A stretch of 64,000 bases of DNA from Candidatus Poribacteria bacterium (GTDB taxonomy: Bacteria; Poribacteria; WGA-4E; WGA-3G), in the NCBI GenBank assembly GCA_965215265.1, contig OZ244048.1, positions 3,168,001 to 3,232,000 on the forward strand, given 5' to 3'. Of this stretch, positions 9,886 through 18,939 are shown piece by piece. The notes under the pieces were generated by a model. The model did no database searches, had not been told where the DNA came from, and saw only the letters and a program-made list of their open reading frames with translations. Made by a program: the position numbers and the translations under genes. The stretch's first letter is position 1, and every line of letters begins with the position of its first letter.

Positions 9886-10710
9886 ATGGTTAAAAAACAG
9901 ATACGTGTTTTAGTATTCGGTGCACATCCGGACGATTGTGATATTAAAGCCGGGGGTGTAGCTGCTTTGTACGTCGAGCAAGGGCACCCTGTTAAATTTG
10001 TATCCGTCACCAACGGCGATGCCGGCCATCATGAAATGGGTGGCGGTCCGTTGGCACGGAGGCGGTACGCCGAGGCGAAAGCCGCTGCTGCAGTAATCGG
10101 AATTGAGTATGAATTGCTTGACAACCACGACGGCGAACTGATGCCGACCTTGGCGAACCGTTATCAGATTATCCGCACGATTCGCGAATTTCAGCCAGAT
10201 TTGATTATGACGCACCGGCCTAACGATTATCACCCAGACCACCGTTATACGTCAACGTTAGTCCAGGATGCAGCGTATATGGTGACTGTGCCTAACATCT
10301 GTGCGCTCACCCCGCATCTCCAAAAAAATCCCGTCATCGCCTATTTGAGCGATAATTTCATGAAACCTTATCCGTTTACGCCAGATGTTGCTATCGGTAT
10401 AGATGCCGTGGTTGACCAGAAAATTGAGATGCTTGATTGCCACACATCGCAATTCTATGAATGGCTCCCCTACAACAGTGGTACGTTAACTGAGGTTCCG
10501 TCTGACGATGCCTCGAGGCGCGCGTGGTTAACGGAACGTTTATTAGCTCGATTCCACGCGACGGCTGAAAAATACCGCACACTGTTGATTTCTCTCTACG
10601 GCGAAGAAATGGGGGCGAACATCCAATATGCTGAAGTCTTTGAGGGTTGTGAATACGGTGCACCTTTAACAGCAGAAAATATTCTGACCCTTTTCCCATT
10701 TTTCGGATAA
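9886..10710 (+). CDS. PIG-L/LmbE family deacetylase
   Basis: AHPDD, TNGDAG, HPDH and H.SQ motifs. Confidence 0.9.
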   Translation: MVKKQIRVLVFGAHPDDCDIKAGGVAALYVEQGHPVKFVSVTNGDAGHHEMGGGPLARRRYAEAKAAAAVIGIEYELLDNHDGELMPTLANRYQIIRTIREFQPDLIMTHRPNDYHPDHRYTSTLVQDAAYMVTVPNICALTPHLQKNPVIAYLSDNFMKPYPFTPDVAIGIDAVVDQKIEMLDCHTSQFYEWLPYNSGTLTEVPSDDASRRAWLTERLLARFHATAEKYRTLLISLYGEEMGANIQYAEVFEGCEYGAPLTAENILTLFPFFG

Positions 10711-10766
10711 CTGCTTGCATCCTGCATGAGGGTCCTGAAGCCAAAAAAGGAGTTTTATTTCAAAAT

Positions 10767-11024
10767 ATGCCAACCGAAGAAGCCAGTGCCCGAACCCTTA
10801 TGGTGATTGTGAGTGTGATTGGGCTTATTTTTGCTATTGTTATGGTTATTCTCTTTTTCAACGCTGCCCCGGCGCGCTCTAATATTGAGGTGCACCGCAC
10901 ATCAAACGAGGCTGCTGCGTGTCTAAAATGCCATTTAATAGGCGACGAAAACACACCAACAATGCCCCATCTTGATCTGGGCGGATGTAACCTCTGTCAC
11001 GGGCTATCAAAGGATTCGCGCTGA
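10767..11024 (+). CDS. Small membrane-anchored diheme c-type cytochrome
   Basis: N-terminal TM helix; CLKCH and CNLCH motifs, each preceded by an extra His. Confidence 0.75.
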   Translation: MPTEEASARTLMVIVSVIGLIFAIVMVILFFNAAPARSNIEVHRTSNEAAACLKCHLIGDENTPTMPHLDLGGCNLCHGLSKDSR

Positions 11025-11059
11025 ATTCGCCCTCTTAAAAACGCTGCTGCATTTTTACC

Positions 11060-11971
11060 TTAGACGGATAAGGCCGAGGCGTTGCGCAGCTGCGCTTTTA
11101 TTGCAACCCACATGATGCCATCTTCCGCTTCGCTCTTAACTTCAAAAGACTGAAAACCGTTTGTTGCCAGAACCGATTTAACTTGTGCTTGTTCCGCATG
11201 CAAAATTCCGGAGAATATGACGATTCCTTCAGGATGCAGGTGTTCGGCACAGCTTGGGATAATTGGGAGAATCGCTTTCGTCAAAATGTTGCCAACGATG
11301 ACATGGTACCTGCCGCGTACACTTTTCAGGCCGTCTCCTTGAAACAGACGTACCCGTGCATTGACACCGTTGTTACGGAAATTTGTTTCTGCTACCGGAA
11401 TTGCTGTCGGATCTAGTTCAATAGCATCAACCTGTCTTGCGCCTAACTTCACCGCAGCTACGGTTAAGATACCGGAACCGGTACCTATATCGGCGATACA
11501 GTGATTCAAGCTTACCGTTTCTTCTAACAACTTCAAAGAGAGGCGTGTAGTTGGGTGGTACCCTGTGCCGAATGCCATCCCAGGGTCGAGACGAATTAAG
11601 ATGTCCGTTTGATTTGGAACGATGTCGGCCCAGGTTGGCGCGATGAGCATCCGGCTGCCGATTCGTTGAGGTGGAAAAGCAGTCTTCCAAGACTCTCCCC
11701 AGGCTTCAGATTCTACCCGTTCCAACGTGCATTCTGTTTGAGACGTGGGCGGGGTGCTAAATCCCCACGTCGGGAGTTGGGCAAGAAACTCTTGCAATTT
11801 CTGAAGTTTTGAACCGACCCGGTCATCCATCGGGTAGTAAGCGATGAGGCACGTCGTAGAAGCGGGGCCTTCTTTAATTTCAACGCCGAACGCATTCAAT
11901 CCAAACAGGTAGTTTGCAACCGCATCCGAAGCATCTTGGGAGATAGTTACCGTAATTTGCGCCCACTGCAT
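11060..11971 (-). CDS. prmA: Ribosomal protein L11 methyltransferase
   Basis: LDPGMAFGTGYHPTT and DIGTGSGIL; downstream of dnaJ. Confidence 0.95.
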   Translation of the reverse strand: MQWAQITVTISQDASDAVANYLFGLNAFGVEIKEGPASTTCLIAYYPMDDRVGSKLQKLQEFLAQLPTWGFSTPPTSQTECTLERVESEAWGESWKTAFPPQRIGSRMLIAPTWADIVPNQTDILIRLDPGMAFGTGYHPTTRLSLKLLEETVSLNHCIADIGTGSGILTVAAVKLGARQVDAIELDPTAIPVAETNFRNNGVNARVRLFQGDGLKSVRGRYHVIVGNILTKAILPIIPSCAEHLHPEGIVIFSGILHAEQAQVKSVLATNGFQSFEVKSEAEDGIMWVAIKAQLRNASALSV

Positions 11972-11995
11972 CTTTTTTTTTACATGTTATCATCA

Positions 11996-13087
11996 TTACC
12001 ACAGTTTGTGTTTGTTCCAAAAACTGCTGTGTTCCGTTTCACCGGTTTCCCCGAGCAATTCGGCGAATTCTTCTAACTTTTGGCGCTGCTTATCATTTAG
12101 ATGCTTTGGGATTTCGATTTCGACACTGACAACCAGGTCGCCTACACTCGAGCGTTTGTAGTGCGGTATACCTTTACCCGGGATACGCAGTTTCGCGCCA
12201 TACTGTGTTCCGGATGGAATCCGTAACTCTGCAGGTCCGTCAATCCCTTCAACGGTAATTTTTCCGCCGAGTGCTGCTTGAACAAACGAAATTCTCGCAG
12301 ACGTGAGTAAATCGTTCCGTTCGCGTTTAAAACGTTCATGTGGCAGCACATTGACAATCACGAAAAGGTCTCCGGGTGGTGCACCATTCCTACCGGCTTC
12401 GCCTTCCCCACGCAGCTGATACTTAGAACCGGTTTCAACGCCTTTATCAATATTGAGTTTGATATCGCGTTTCACACGGACGCGCCCTTGTGCATGACAT
12501 GTCTGACACGGCTCCGTAATAATTTCACCTTCACCCTGGCAGCGAGGACAAGTTCGGGACATTGTGAAAAAACCTTGTGAATGCGTGACCTGGCCCCTGC
12601 CGTAGCATTCTGAGCATTTTTCAACTCGCGCGCCTTTCTTCGCGCCGCTGCCTTCACACGTAGGACAATCTTCGATTCGCGGCACCTCGATTTTCACCTC
12701 TTTACCGTGGATAACATCCTGAAGTGTGATGTCAAGTTTGTATTGCAAGCTGCGTCCACGTTTGGGCGAATGCTGCCCACCCCCCACGAGATCGCCGAAG
12801 ATATTACTAAAAATATCGTCTAAGTTCACCCCGAACCCACTGAAGTCGCTAACGCTGTCCTCCACGCCTGCATGCCCGAACCGGTCGTAACGCCCCCGTT
12901 TTTCCGGGTCGCGCAGCACCTCATAAGCCTCAGTCGCCTCTTTGAATTTATCCTCAGCGGTTTTGTCACCTGGGTTCTTATCCGGGTGATATTGAATTGC
13001 AAGCTTGCGATAAGCTTTTTTTATTTCTTCTTCATCGGCTGTGTGCGTAACATTCAGAATTTCATAATAGTCGCGTTTTTGCGTCAT
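11996..13087 (-). CDS. dnaJ: Chaperone DnaJ
   Basis: J domain with HPD; four CxxCxGxG-type zinc repeats. Confidence 0.97.
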   Translation of the reverse strand: MTQKRDYYEILNVTHTADEEEIKKAYRKLAIQYHPDKNPGDKTAEDKFKEATEAYEVLRDPEKRGRYDRFGHAGVEDSVSDFSGFGVNLDDIFSNIFGDLVGGGQHSPKRGRSLQYKLDITLQDVIHGKEVKIEVPRIEDCPTCEGSGAKKGARVEKCSECYGRGQVTHSQGFFTMSRTCPRCQGEGEIITEPCQTCHAQGRVRVKRDIKLNIDKGVETGSKYQLRGEGEAGRNGAPPGDLFVIVNVLPHERFKRERNDLLTSARISFVQAALGGKITVEGIDGPAELRIPSGTQYGAKLRIPGKGIPHYKRSSVGDLVVSVEIEIPKHLNDKQRQKLEEFAELLGETGETEHSSFWNKHKLW

Positions 13088-13189
13088 TTATCCTACCTAC
13101 CTATTGCTCAATGTTAGGATTCATCTCATCGGAAGTAATATTGGAAAGCCAAAGCCCACGTTAAAAAAACAGGAGAAGTGTTCTCCGGG

Positions 13190-13927
13190 CTACTCACTAA
13201 CCTCAGCCGTATCAATTTCGCCTGCATCTTCATCCGGCTGCGCTTCTTTTTTCTCTGGGGCTCCCTGAGAGACGACAACTTGCGCAGCGCGTATAACCCG
13301 CTCATGCAACAGATAGCCGCCCCTATATTCTTCAACGACCTTGCCTGCAGGTATCTCATCTGATTCCACTGCCAATATTGCTTCATGCCGCGTCGGATCG
13401 AATATTTCATGAACTGCTGCAATGGGGGTAAGTCCATGTTTTTTCAGTACATCCAACAACTGTTTTTGAACAAGTTGCATGCCTTCACTCAGCTTCGCGA
13501 CTTCTTCTGTATCCATGTTCTCAGTGTTGCTCGGGTCGGCTTTTGCGACGGCTTTTAACCCTAAATCCAAGCTATCCAACACAGGAACTAACTCTTCAAT
13601 AAGATTTTCGTTGGCGTACTTGAGTTGACGTTGCGTATCCGTTTCTAATCGTTTCTTTGCATTTTCTGCTGCTGCTGCCGTACGCATCAAAAGGTCGCGT
13701 TCTGCTTGATATCGTTCCCGCTCCTCGCGTTCAACAGTCTCTAATTTTTCTTTAAATTCCGCTTTTAATGCTTCTAGTTCTGCCTCTACAGTTTCAAGCG
13801 TTCGCACTTCCCGTGGCTCCCCGGGTTGTTTAGATGCATCTGCATCCTCGGTTTCTGGAGAGGCAGCAGTTGCATCAGGTGTTGTTTGCTTTTCTATATT
13901 TATGGGTATCTTTTTACCTTCAGACAT
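13190..13927 (-). CDS. grpE: Nucleotide exchange factor GrpE
   Basis: FDP..HEA, GY.LHERVIRAAQVVV. Confidence 0.95.
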   Translation of the reverse strand: MSEGKKIPINIEKQTTPDATAASPETEDADASKQPGEPREVRTLETVEAELEALKAEFKEKLETVEREERERYQAERDLLMRTAAAAENAKKRLETDTQRQLKYANENLIEELVPVLDSLDLGLKAVAKADPSNTENMDTEEVAKLSEGMQLVQKQLLDVLKKHGLTPIAAVHEIFDPTRHEAILAVESDEIPAGKVVEEYRGGYLLHERVIRAAQVVVSQGAPEKKEAQPDEDAGEIDTAEVSE

Positions 13928-13988
13928 TGTTTCACCTCACTTGATTTTCGGCTTACCGATTAAGGGTTCTTTATTGCTGTAAGTGATT

Positions 13989-14735
13989 TTAGCCATGAAT
14001 AGCATCAGCGAACTGTTTCATCAATTCAAAGGATCTATTTCCTTCAAGCACATTGCCTGTGACGATGAAATCGGCCCCTGCGTTTACTTTTTCGGAAGCG
14101 ATTTCTGGTGTTTGAATGCCGCCTCCAACAATCACTGGAATGCTCACTTGCGTTTTTATAACAGAGATAATCTCATTGGGTACCGGATGTTTAGCCCCGC
14201 TCCCCGCTTCTAAGTAAACTAACTGCATGCCCAGGTACTGGGCGGCGAGTGCATGTGGCACCGCAATGTCAGGCTTATCGCGCGGAATCGGCATCGTCCC
14301 GCTCATAAATTCAACAGCCGTACGGTTACCGCCCTCAATGAGTATATAGCCAGTAGGGATAGGTTCCAAGGCGTAACGCTGGATCCACGGTGCTGCTTTG
14401 ACCTGTTCAGCGATAAGATAATTTGGGTTGCGCCCACTGATGAGACTCGTATACAGAATCGCGTCTGCGTGTGGCGTGAGGTGCATCGAATCCCCTGGGA
14501 AAAGAACAATAGGAACGGATGTTTCCGTTTTTAACGCTTGTGCAACCGCGTGCAAATCGCACGTTAAAAAGCTCCCACCGAGTAAAATTATATCTGCGCC
14601 TGCCTCTTCAATGTCGCGTGCAAGTTTCGCGCACTTTGCAACCTGACAACTTTCCGGATCGATGAGAACAACATAGCCGGCGCTATATTTATCAAGTGTC
14701 TTATGGAAGTGGCTAAGAACCCAATCTGATATCAA
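13989..14735 (-). CDS. Geranylgeranylglyceryl phosphate synthase (GGGPS/PcrB family, group II-like)
   Basis: LIDP, GGS, FPG, ADAIL..SLISGRNP.YLI, PTGYILIEG, YLEAGSGA, VGGGI and GAD.IVTGN motifs. Confidence 0.9.
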   Translation of the reverse strand: MISDWVLSHFHKTLDKYSAGYVVLIDPESCQVAKCAKLARDIEEAGADIILLGGSFLTCDLHAVAQALKTETSVPIVLFPGDSMHLTPHADAILYTSLISGRNPNYLIAEQVKAAPWIQRYALEPIPTGYILIEGGNRTAVEFMSGTMPIPRDKPDIAVPHALAAQYLGMQLVYLEAGSGAKHPVPNEIISVIKTQVSIPVIVGGGIQTPEIASEKVNAGADFIVTGNVLEGNRSFELMKQFADAIHG

Positions 14736-14871
14736 ATCTAAACTGTCCTTAGAGGTATACGCTTAAAGGTATTTCCGCTGAAATGCCGAGCGATTTTCAG
14801 GCGAAACGTGTCTAATCCGAGCACCGGCAGAGGATGTTGTTTTAACCCCGACTCAAAAACTCTACTTAATT

Positions 14872-14900
14872 ATTTTACTACATTTCTCGTAAATTGTCAA
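14872..14900 (-). promoter_or_regulatory. sigma70 promoter upstream of GGGPS-grpE-dnaJ-prmA
   Basis: Minus strand TTGACA-17 nt-TAAAAT. Confidence 0.65.
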
Positions 14901-15004
14901 ATTCCAGCAGTATTTAGGCGTGCTCTTTTACGAACGGATTGCTTGCATCCACTGGGCCGCATCGCTTTCTGCCGCTTATCACGCTGCCATCGCATGCCGC
15001 TATT

Positions 15005-16201
15005 TTAAAGCCAGCCTGCTAAAATCAAGTGGCGCAGCTCAAGAAGCAATTGCGGTTGATGTCTTAATATTATTGTAAAAACTCGTCTCAATGTCATTTC
15101 TTGGGTTGGGATTTGAGAGAGGGTTTCTGCCCATCCATCTATATCATCGTCGCTAAATTTGTACATCCTGTCTCGGATACGACAGATCGCTTTAAAATTT
15201 TTACCAATCTCGCTATCCCACCGTTTGGGGTATGCGCTGAGCACGTTTGTGGAGACATCCCTGCTGCGGATAGCTTCTACGGCGACTTCTGCAGCGAATT
15301 TTCCGGAGTGCATCGCGTTCGGAATACCGCCTCCAGATATCGGATCGCTGTGATGTGCAGCATCTCCCACAAGCATGATGCCGTTTCCGATAATTTTTGG
15401 AAGTCCTTCTCCTACTGGTACTGCACCGCAAACCAACCCTAAAATTTTACCCTCCGGGAATTTGCGTTTCACAAACTCATTTAAGTAGTCTATTGCGAGT
15501 TTACCACTTCTGCCGCCCGAAAGTGCACCGTTGATGCCAATCCCGACGTTGGCGATGTTATCGCCTTTAGGAAACATCCATACATAGCCCCGCGGCGCGA
15601 CTTGGCGTCCAAAATAGAGGTCAAAATATGTCGGATCTATATCAATGTCTCCAAGAAGGTACTGAGCACAGATACCGACATCGTGCAGCGAGTGGGTGGT
15701 ATCAATGCCAGCCCACCGGCCGACCTGGGATTCAACCCCGTCTGCTGCGATAACGACCTTTGATTTGCAGGTATATTCTCGCCCTGAATATCTAAACACA
15801 ACCCCGTCAACGGTGTCATCATCCGATTTGGTAACCTGTGTCACACGTGCTTTCACTATCACCTCTGCTCCAGCAGTTGATGCCATTTCTGCTATAACCC
15901 GGTCGAAAACTTTTCGCTCAAGGACGTAGCCCGGTTTTGGCAAATGAATCGGGACTGCGGTTTCGTTCGGTGAAAACAGGCGGGCCCCTGGAATTTTGCA
16001 CGACACCCAGGCCGGATGCGGTTGAAGAAATTTGCACAGATCCTCTGTGCCTATGCCCTCCGCTCAGCGGATAGGGGTACCGATTTCTTGACGTTTCTCC
16101 AGCAGTAGCACCCGCAAGTCGTTTTCAGCAGCGACTTTCGCGGCAATGGAACCGCCCGGGCCGGCACCGACAACAATCACATCGTACTCAGAATGTCTCA
16201 T
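15005..16201 (-). CDS. Digeranylgeranylglycerophospholipid/geranylgeranyl reductase with an in-frame TGA at codon 46 (candidate selenocysteine)
   Basis: AGGAGG RBS and ATG at 16201; [18 protein letters not shown]...[18 protein letters not shown] continues in frame into the 15005-16006 ORF; [13 protein letters not shown] and GDAA...PISGGGI motifs. Confidence 0.88.
16034..16050 (-). promoter_or_regulatory. Bacterial SECIS-like hairpin downstream of the in-frame UGA
   Basis: Minus strand GCACAGA-GGA-TCTGTGC; a 7-bp stem starts 14 nt after the UGA, with a G-starting loop about 21 nt after it. Confidence 0.6.
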
Positions 16202-16262
16202 TCTACCTCCTATGGAAACCGCTTTTCCAAATTATTCTAAAAACTGCGTCTTTTGTCTCTAA

Positions 16263-16481
16263 TTAGAAAAGACCTCGCCCTGGGTACTCCGGATAGTAGA
16301 TCTTACCATTTCGTTCCATAGCCAGTACACCAACCGGACAGCCCTTCACGCACTTCATACAATCAATACACTTCGGCTGATCTATTTTTAAGTGTGTATC
16401 TACTAACTCAATGATATTTTCTGGGCATACAGCAACGCAGGCACCACAATAGACGCAGAGTTCCTCGTTAATATGAATCAT
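16263..16481 (-). CDS. 2x[4Fe-4S] ferredoxin
   Basis: AAGGAG RBS; CVYCGACVAVCP and CIDCMKCVKGCP. Confidence 0.93.
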   Translation of the reverse strand: MIHINEELCVYCGACVAVCPENIIELVDTHLKIDQPKCIDCMKCVKGCPVGVLAMERNGKIYYPEYPGRGLF

Positions 16482-17850
16482 TTTTAAGTTCTCCTTCGAG
16501 AGATAAAGGTTTGGCAACTGATTGGGACTGTTTATGCCGTACTAATTCATAGAGCAAAACGCCTGCGGCAACGCCTACATTGAGTGAAGATTGCCCGGCT
16601 GCCATCGGAATTCGGACCAAGTTCGGACATTGCTCACGCGTTTCTGCCGACAACCCTACGTTTTCATTTCCGACAATGACTGCAGCAGGGAGGTTAAACG
16701 TTGTGGAGTACAGCTCCTGTTCGGCACTCGCAGTTGCACCGAGTAGGAACCCGCCTGCTTTGTGCAATGTCTCAAGAACGGTTTGCAAATCTTTTGTATA
16801 GAACAAAGGCAAGCGGCCGACAGCTCCGCGTGCAGCACGAATACAGTTTTTATGAAAAGGGCTTGCTCCTTCGCCACTTAGTAAAACCGCGGATACACCT
16901 GCTGCATCGGCTGTTCGCAGTGTCATCCCTAAATTATCAGGATTCCCAATATTTTCCGTGATAAGCAACGTGCAGCCTGGGCTAAAATGAAAATTGAGTC
17001 CTCCGAATTTAGACAACGCATTGCGATAGGTGAGCTGCACCGAAGCAACGACTGATGGGACAGGCCGCGTTGTCGTAACCGAGCCCATCACGCCATCGCT
17101 CACTTGATAGTAGGGTAGATGCTCGGTATGGGCTTGTTTTAGGAGTGCAGCCCCGGCTCCGTGCTTCACAAGTTTTGGTGTATACAGCACTGTGTCAATG
17201 GGGAGCCCGTCATCAATCGCACGTTTCACTAACATCCGTTCTTCTACAATAAATCCGGAGTGTTCAAGTTTACCCTTCAAAGAAGTTAATTTGCGAAACT
17301 GCGATGTAATCGCATCCTTCCGTTTGGAAACAACTCGCTTTTCTAAGCGGGGGCTGCCGGTCAACGCCCCGCGTTTGATACCTCTATAAACCTGTTTTCT
17401 CTTCGGCTGAGCCTTGTCCTGTTTTTCGACCAGTTCTGCTGTTCGTTCGAATGAGGTTGTATGAATGTTGACAATTGTGCCTTCTAAGACTTCTGTTAAG
17501 GCATTGTACATCCATTTTGCTTGAACGTGAAACAGCCCGGTATATTGTCTTGGGAAAGTGAGTAGGAGCTCCCGCAAAGCCCTTTCGGTTGTTGCAGTGA
17601 GAGATACATAATACTCAGAAGCGGAATCTTGAGCTGAGGACACGTCTACCGGCGACATCAACATGACACCATCTAAATTCTGCCATCCTGCAACGCTAAC
17701 ATTATACGGAATGTGCCATTCACCGGTTTTGAAAAATGAGTGGTACGCTTGTTTGAAACGGTACACTGCGGCAGCATCCGTGCACTCTTTTTCCAAGAAG
17801 GCGATAACCTTGTCGTAGTTTAAGGGTTTAGCATCTATTAACATTGGCAT
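16468..17850 (-). CDS. TrmH/SpoU RNA 2'-O-methyltransferase with an unknown N-terminal extension
   Basis: NPDNLG...RTA.AAG, VGNE..GLS and IPM....SLNV SPOUT motifs. Confidence 0.85.
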   Translation of the reverse strand: MPMLIDAKPLNYDKVIAFLEKECTDAAAVYRFKQAYHSFFKTGEWHIPYNVSVAGWQNLDGVMLMSPVDVSSAQDSASEYYVSLTATTERALRELLLTFPRQYTGLFHVQAKWMYNALTEVLEGTIVNIHTTSFERTAELVEKQDKAQPKRKQVYRGIKRGALTGSPRLEKRVVSKRKDAITSQFRKLTSLKGKLEHSGFIVEERMLVKRAIDDGLPIDTVLYTPKLVKHGAGAALLKQAHTEHLPYYQVSDGVMGSVTTTRPVPSVVASVQLTYRNALSKFGGLNFHFSPGCTLLITENIGNPDNLGMTLRTADAAGVSAVLLSGEGASPFHKNCIRAARGAVGRLPLFYTKDLQTVLETLHKAGGFLLGATASAEQELYSTTFNLPAAVIVGNENVGLSAETREQCPNLVRIPMAAGQSSLNVGVAAGVLLYELVRHKQSQSVAKPLSLEGELKNDSY

Positions 17851-17969
17851 CCCAATCTGGGCCGGTTCAATCGGTTAGGCTTGCAAATCAGAGTGGCAGG
17901 TGCTTATTGCATTCCGCCGGCATAACTATTCCTGCGCATTTGGCTTATACTGGGCTCTCAAGTCCGATA

Positions 17970-18827
17970 CTAAAGTGTTCCGATATAAATTGCACCCAGT
18001 CCAATGAAGATGTCCCACTTCATCCAGCGTTGGATGAAGGCACAGTTTTCTTTAGAAGCATCTCTCCATAACCGAATTCCTAAGCAAATGAGGACCACGT
18101 CCACGCCAAGTACAACAGCGGCTAAATAGAGAGTGGAGTACCACCCATATAGATAAGGGATAGGACTAAAGAGGATGACAGCTGCCATGAAACCTAATGC
18201 TATTTTCACGGCGAGCAGAGGATTGAGAATAGCAAGTGTTTTCACGCCGTTTTTGATGTCGCCTTCTGTATCCTCAATGTCTTTTATAATTTCGCGTGGC
18301 ATGGTAAAAAGAAAAGCAAATATTGCCGGAATGAGCGTTCCTTTCACTGAATCGATCGCTATTCCGCCAGCAATAAAGGTTAACCCAGTTAAGCCGCTGA
18401 CAACTAAATTCCCGATGAACGGTGTACGCTTCAGCCAGAATGCGTAGCAAACAAGGACGATAGAAACCAGCACCGCAATACCTAATGCGTAAATATTGAT
18501 ACACGCGCCAAGTGCTATGCCGATTCCGATCAGAATTATGGCGAAAATCAGCGCAGCACAACGACGGAGTCTACCCGACGGAAGCGGTCTCCGTTTCCGG
18601 TTGATTCGATCTATGTTATAGTCACAGTAGTCATTTATAGCGTTTCCTGCAGAAAGCAAGAAAAGTGCCGAGAATGAAACCAACAAGAGCCGCATGTCTC
18701 CAAGGGTTGTCAATTGGCCTTCGTTAGCAAAGATACCGCCGAGGCATGCAGAAATAAAAGCGATGAGCCCGTTAAGCGGACGTGCTAACTCAACATAAGC
18801 CACGAAGGTTTTGTGTATCGCGTTCAT
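17970..18827 (-). CDS. Digeranylgeranylglyceryl phosphate synthase (UbiA family, DGGGPS-like)
   Basis: ELARP.N, GNAINDYCD...DRIN...RPLPSG, LKR.P..GN and REIIKDIED.EGD motifs; multi-TM; start could be 18854. Confidence 0.85.
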   Translation of the reverse strand: MNAIHKTFVAYVELARPLNGLIAFISACLGGIFANEGQLTTLGDMRLLLVSFSALFLLSAGNAINDYCDYNIDRINRKRRPLPSGRLRRCAALIFAIILIGIGIALGACINIYALGIAVLVSIVLVCYAFWLKRTPFIGNLVVSGLTGLTFIAGGIAIDSVKGTLIPAIFAFLFTMPREIIKDIEDTEGDIKNGVKTLAILNPLLAVKIALGFMAAVILFSPIPYLYGWYSTLYLAAVVLGVDVVLICLGIRLWRDASKENCAFIQRWMKWDIFIGLGAIYIGTL

Positions 18828-18939
18828 CGGACAAAACAAGCGTAAGCCGGACACAGCGTTTATCGCAGCAGATGGGTCCGGAATTTACAGCGGCAAATAT
18901 GCTCAGACTGGCAGCTCCGGTATGCTGTCCTCCAGGGGC

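Noticed and set aside
13927-14900. CIRCE element upstream of grpE-dnaJ
   Set aside because: No TTAGCACTC-N9-GAGTGCTAA match found.
16064-16066. Alternative genetic code (UGA=Trp/Gly) as the explanation for the GGR TGA
   Set aside because: Other genes here terminate at TGA and prfB with its UGA-dependent frameshift is present; the position corresponds to Cys, not Trp or Gly.
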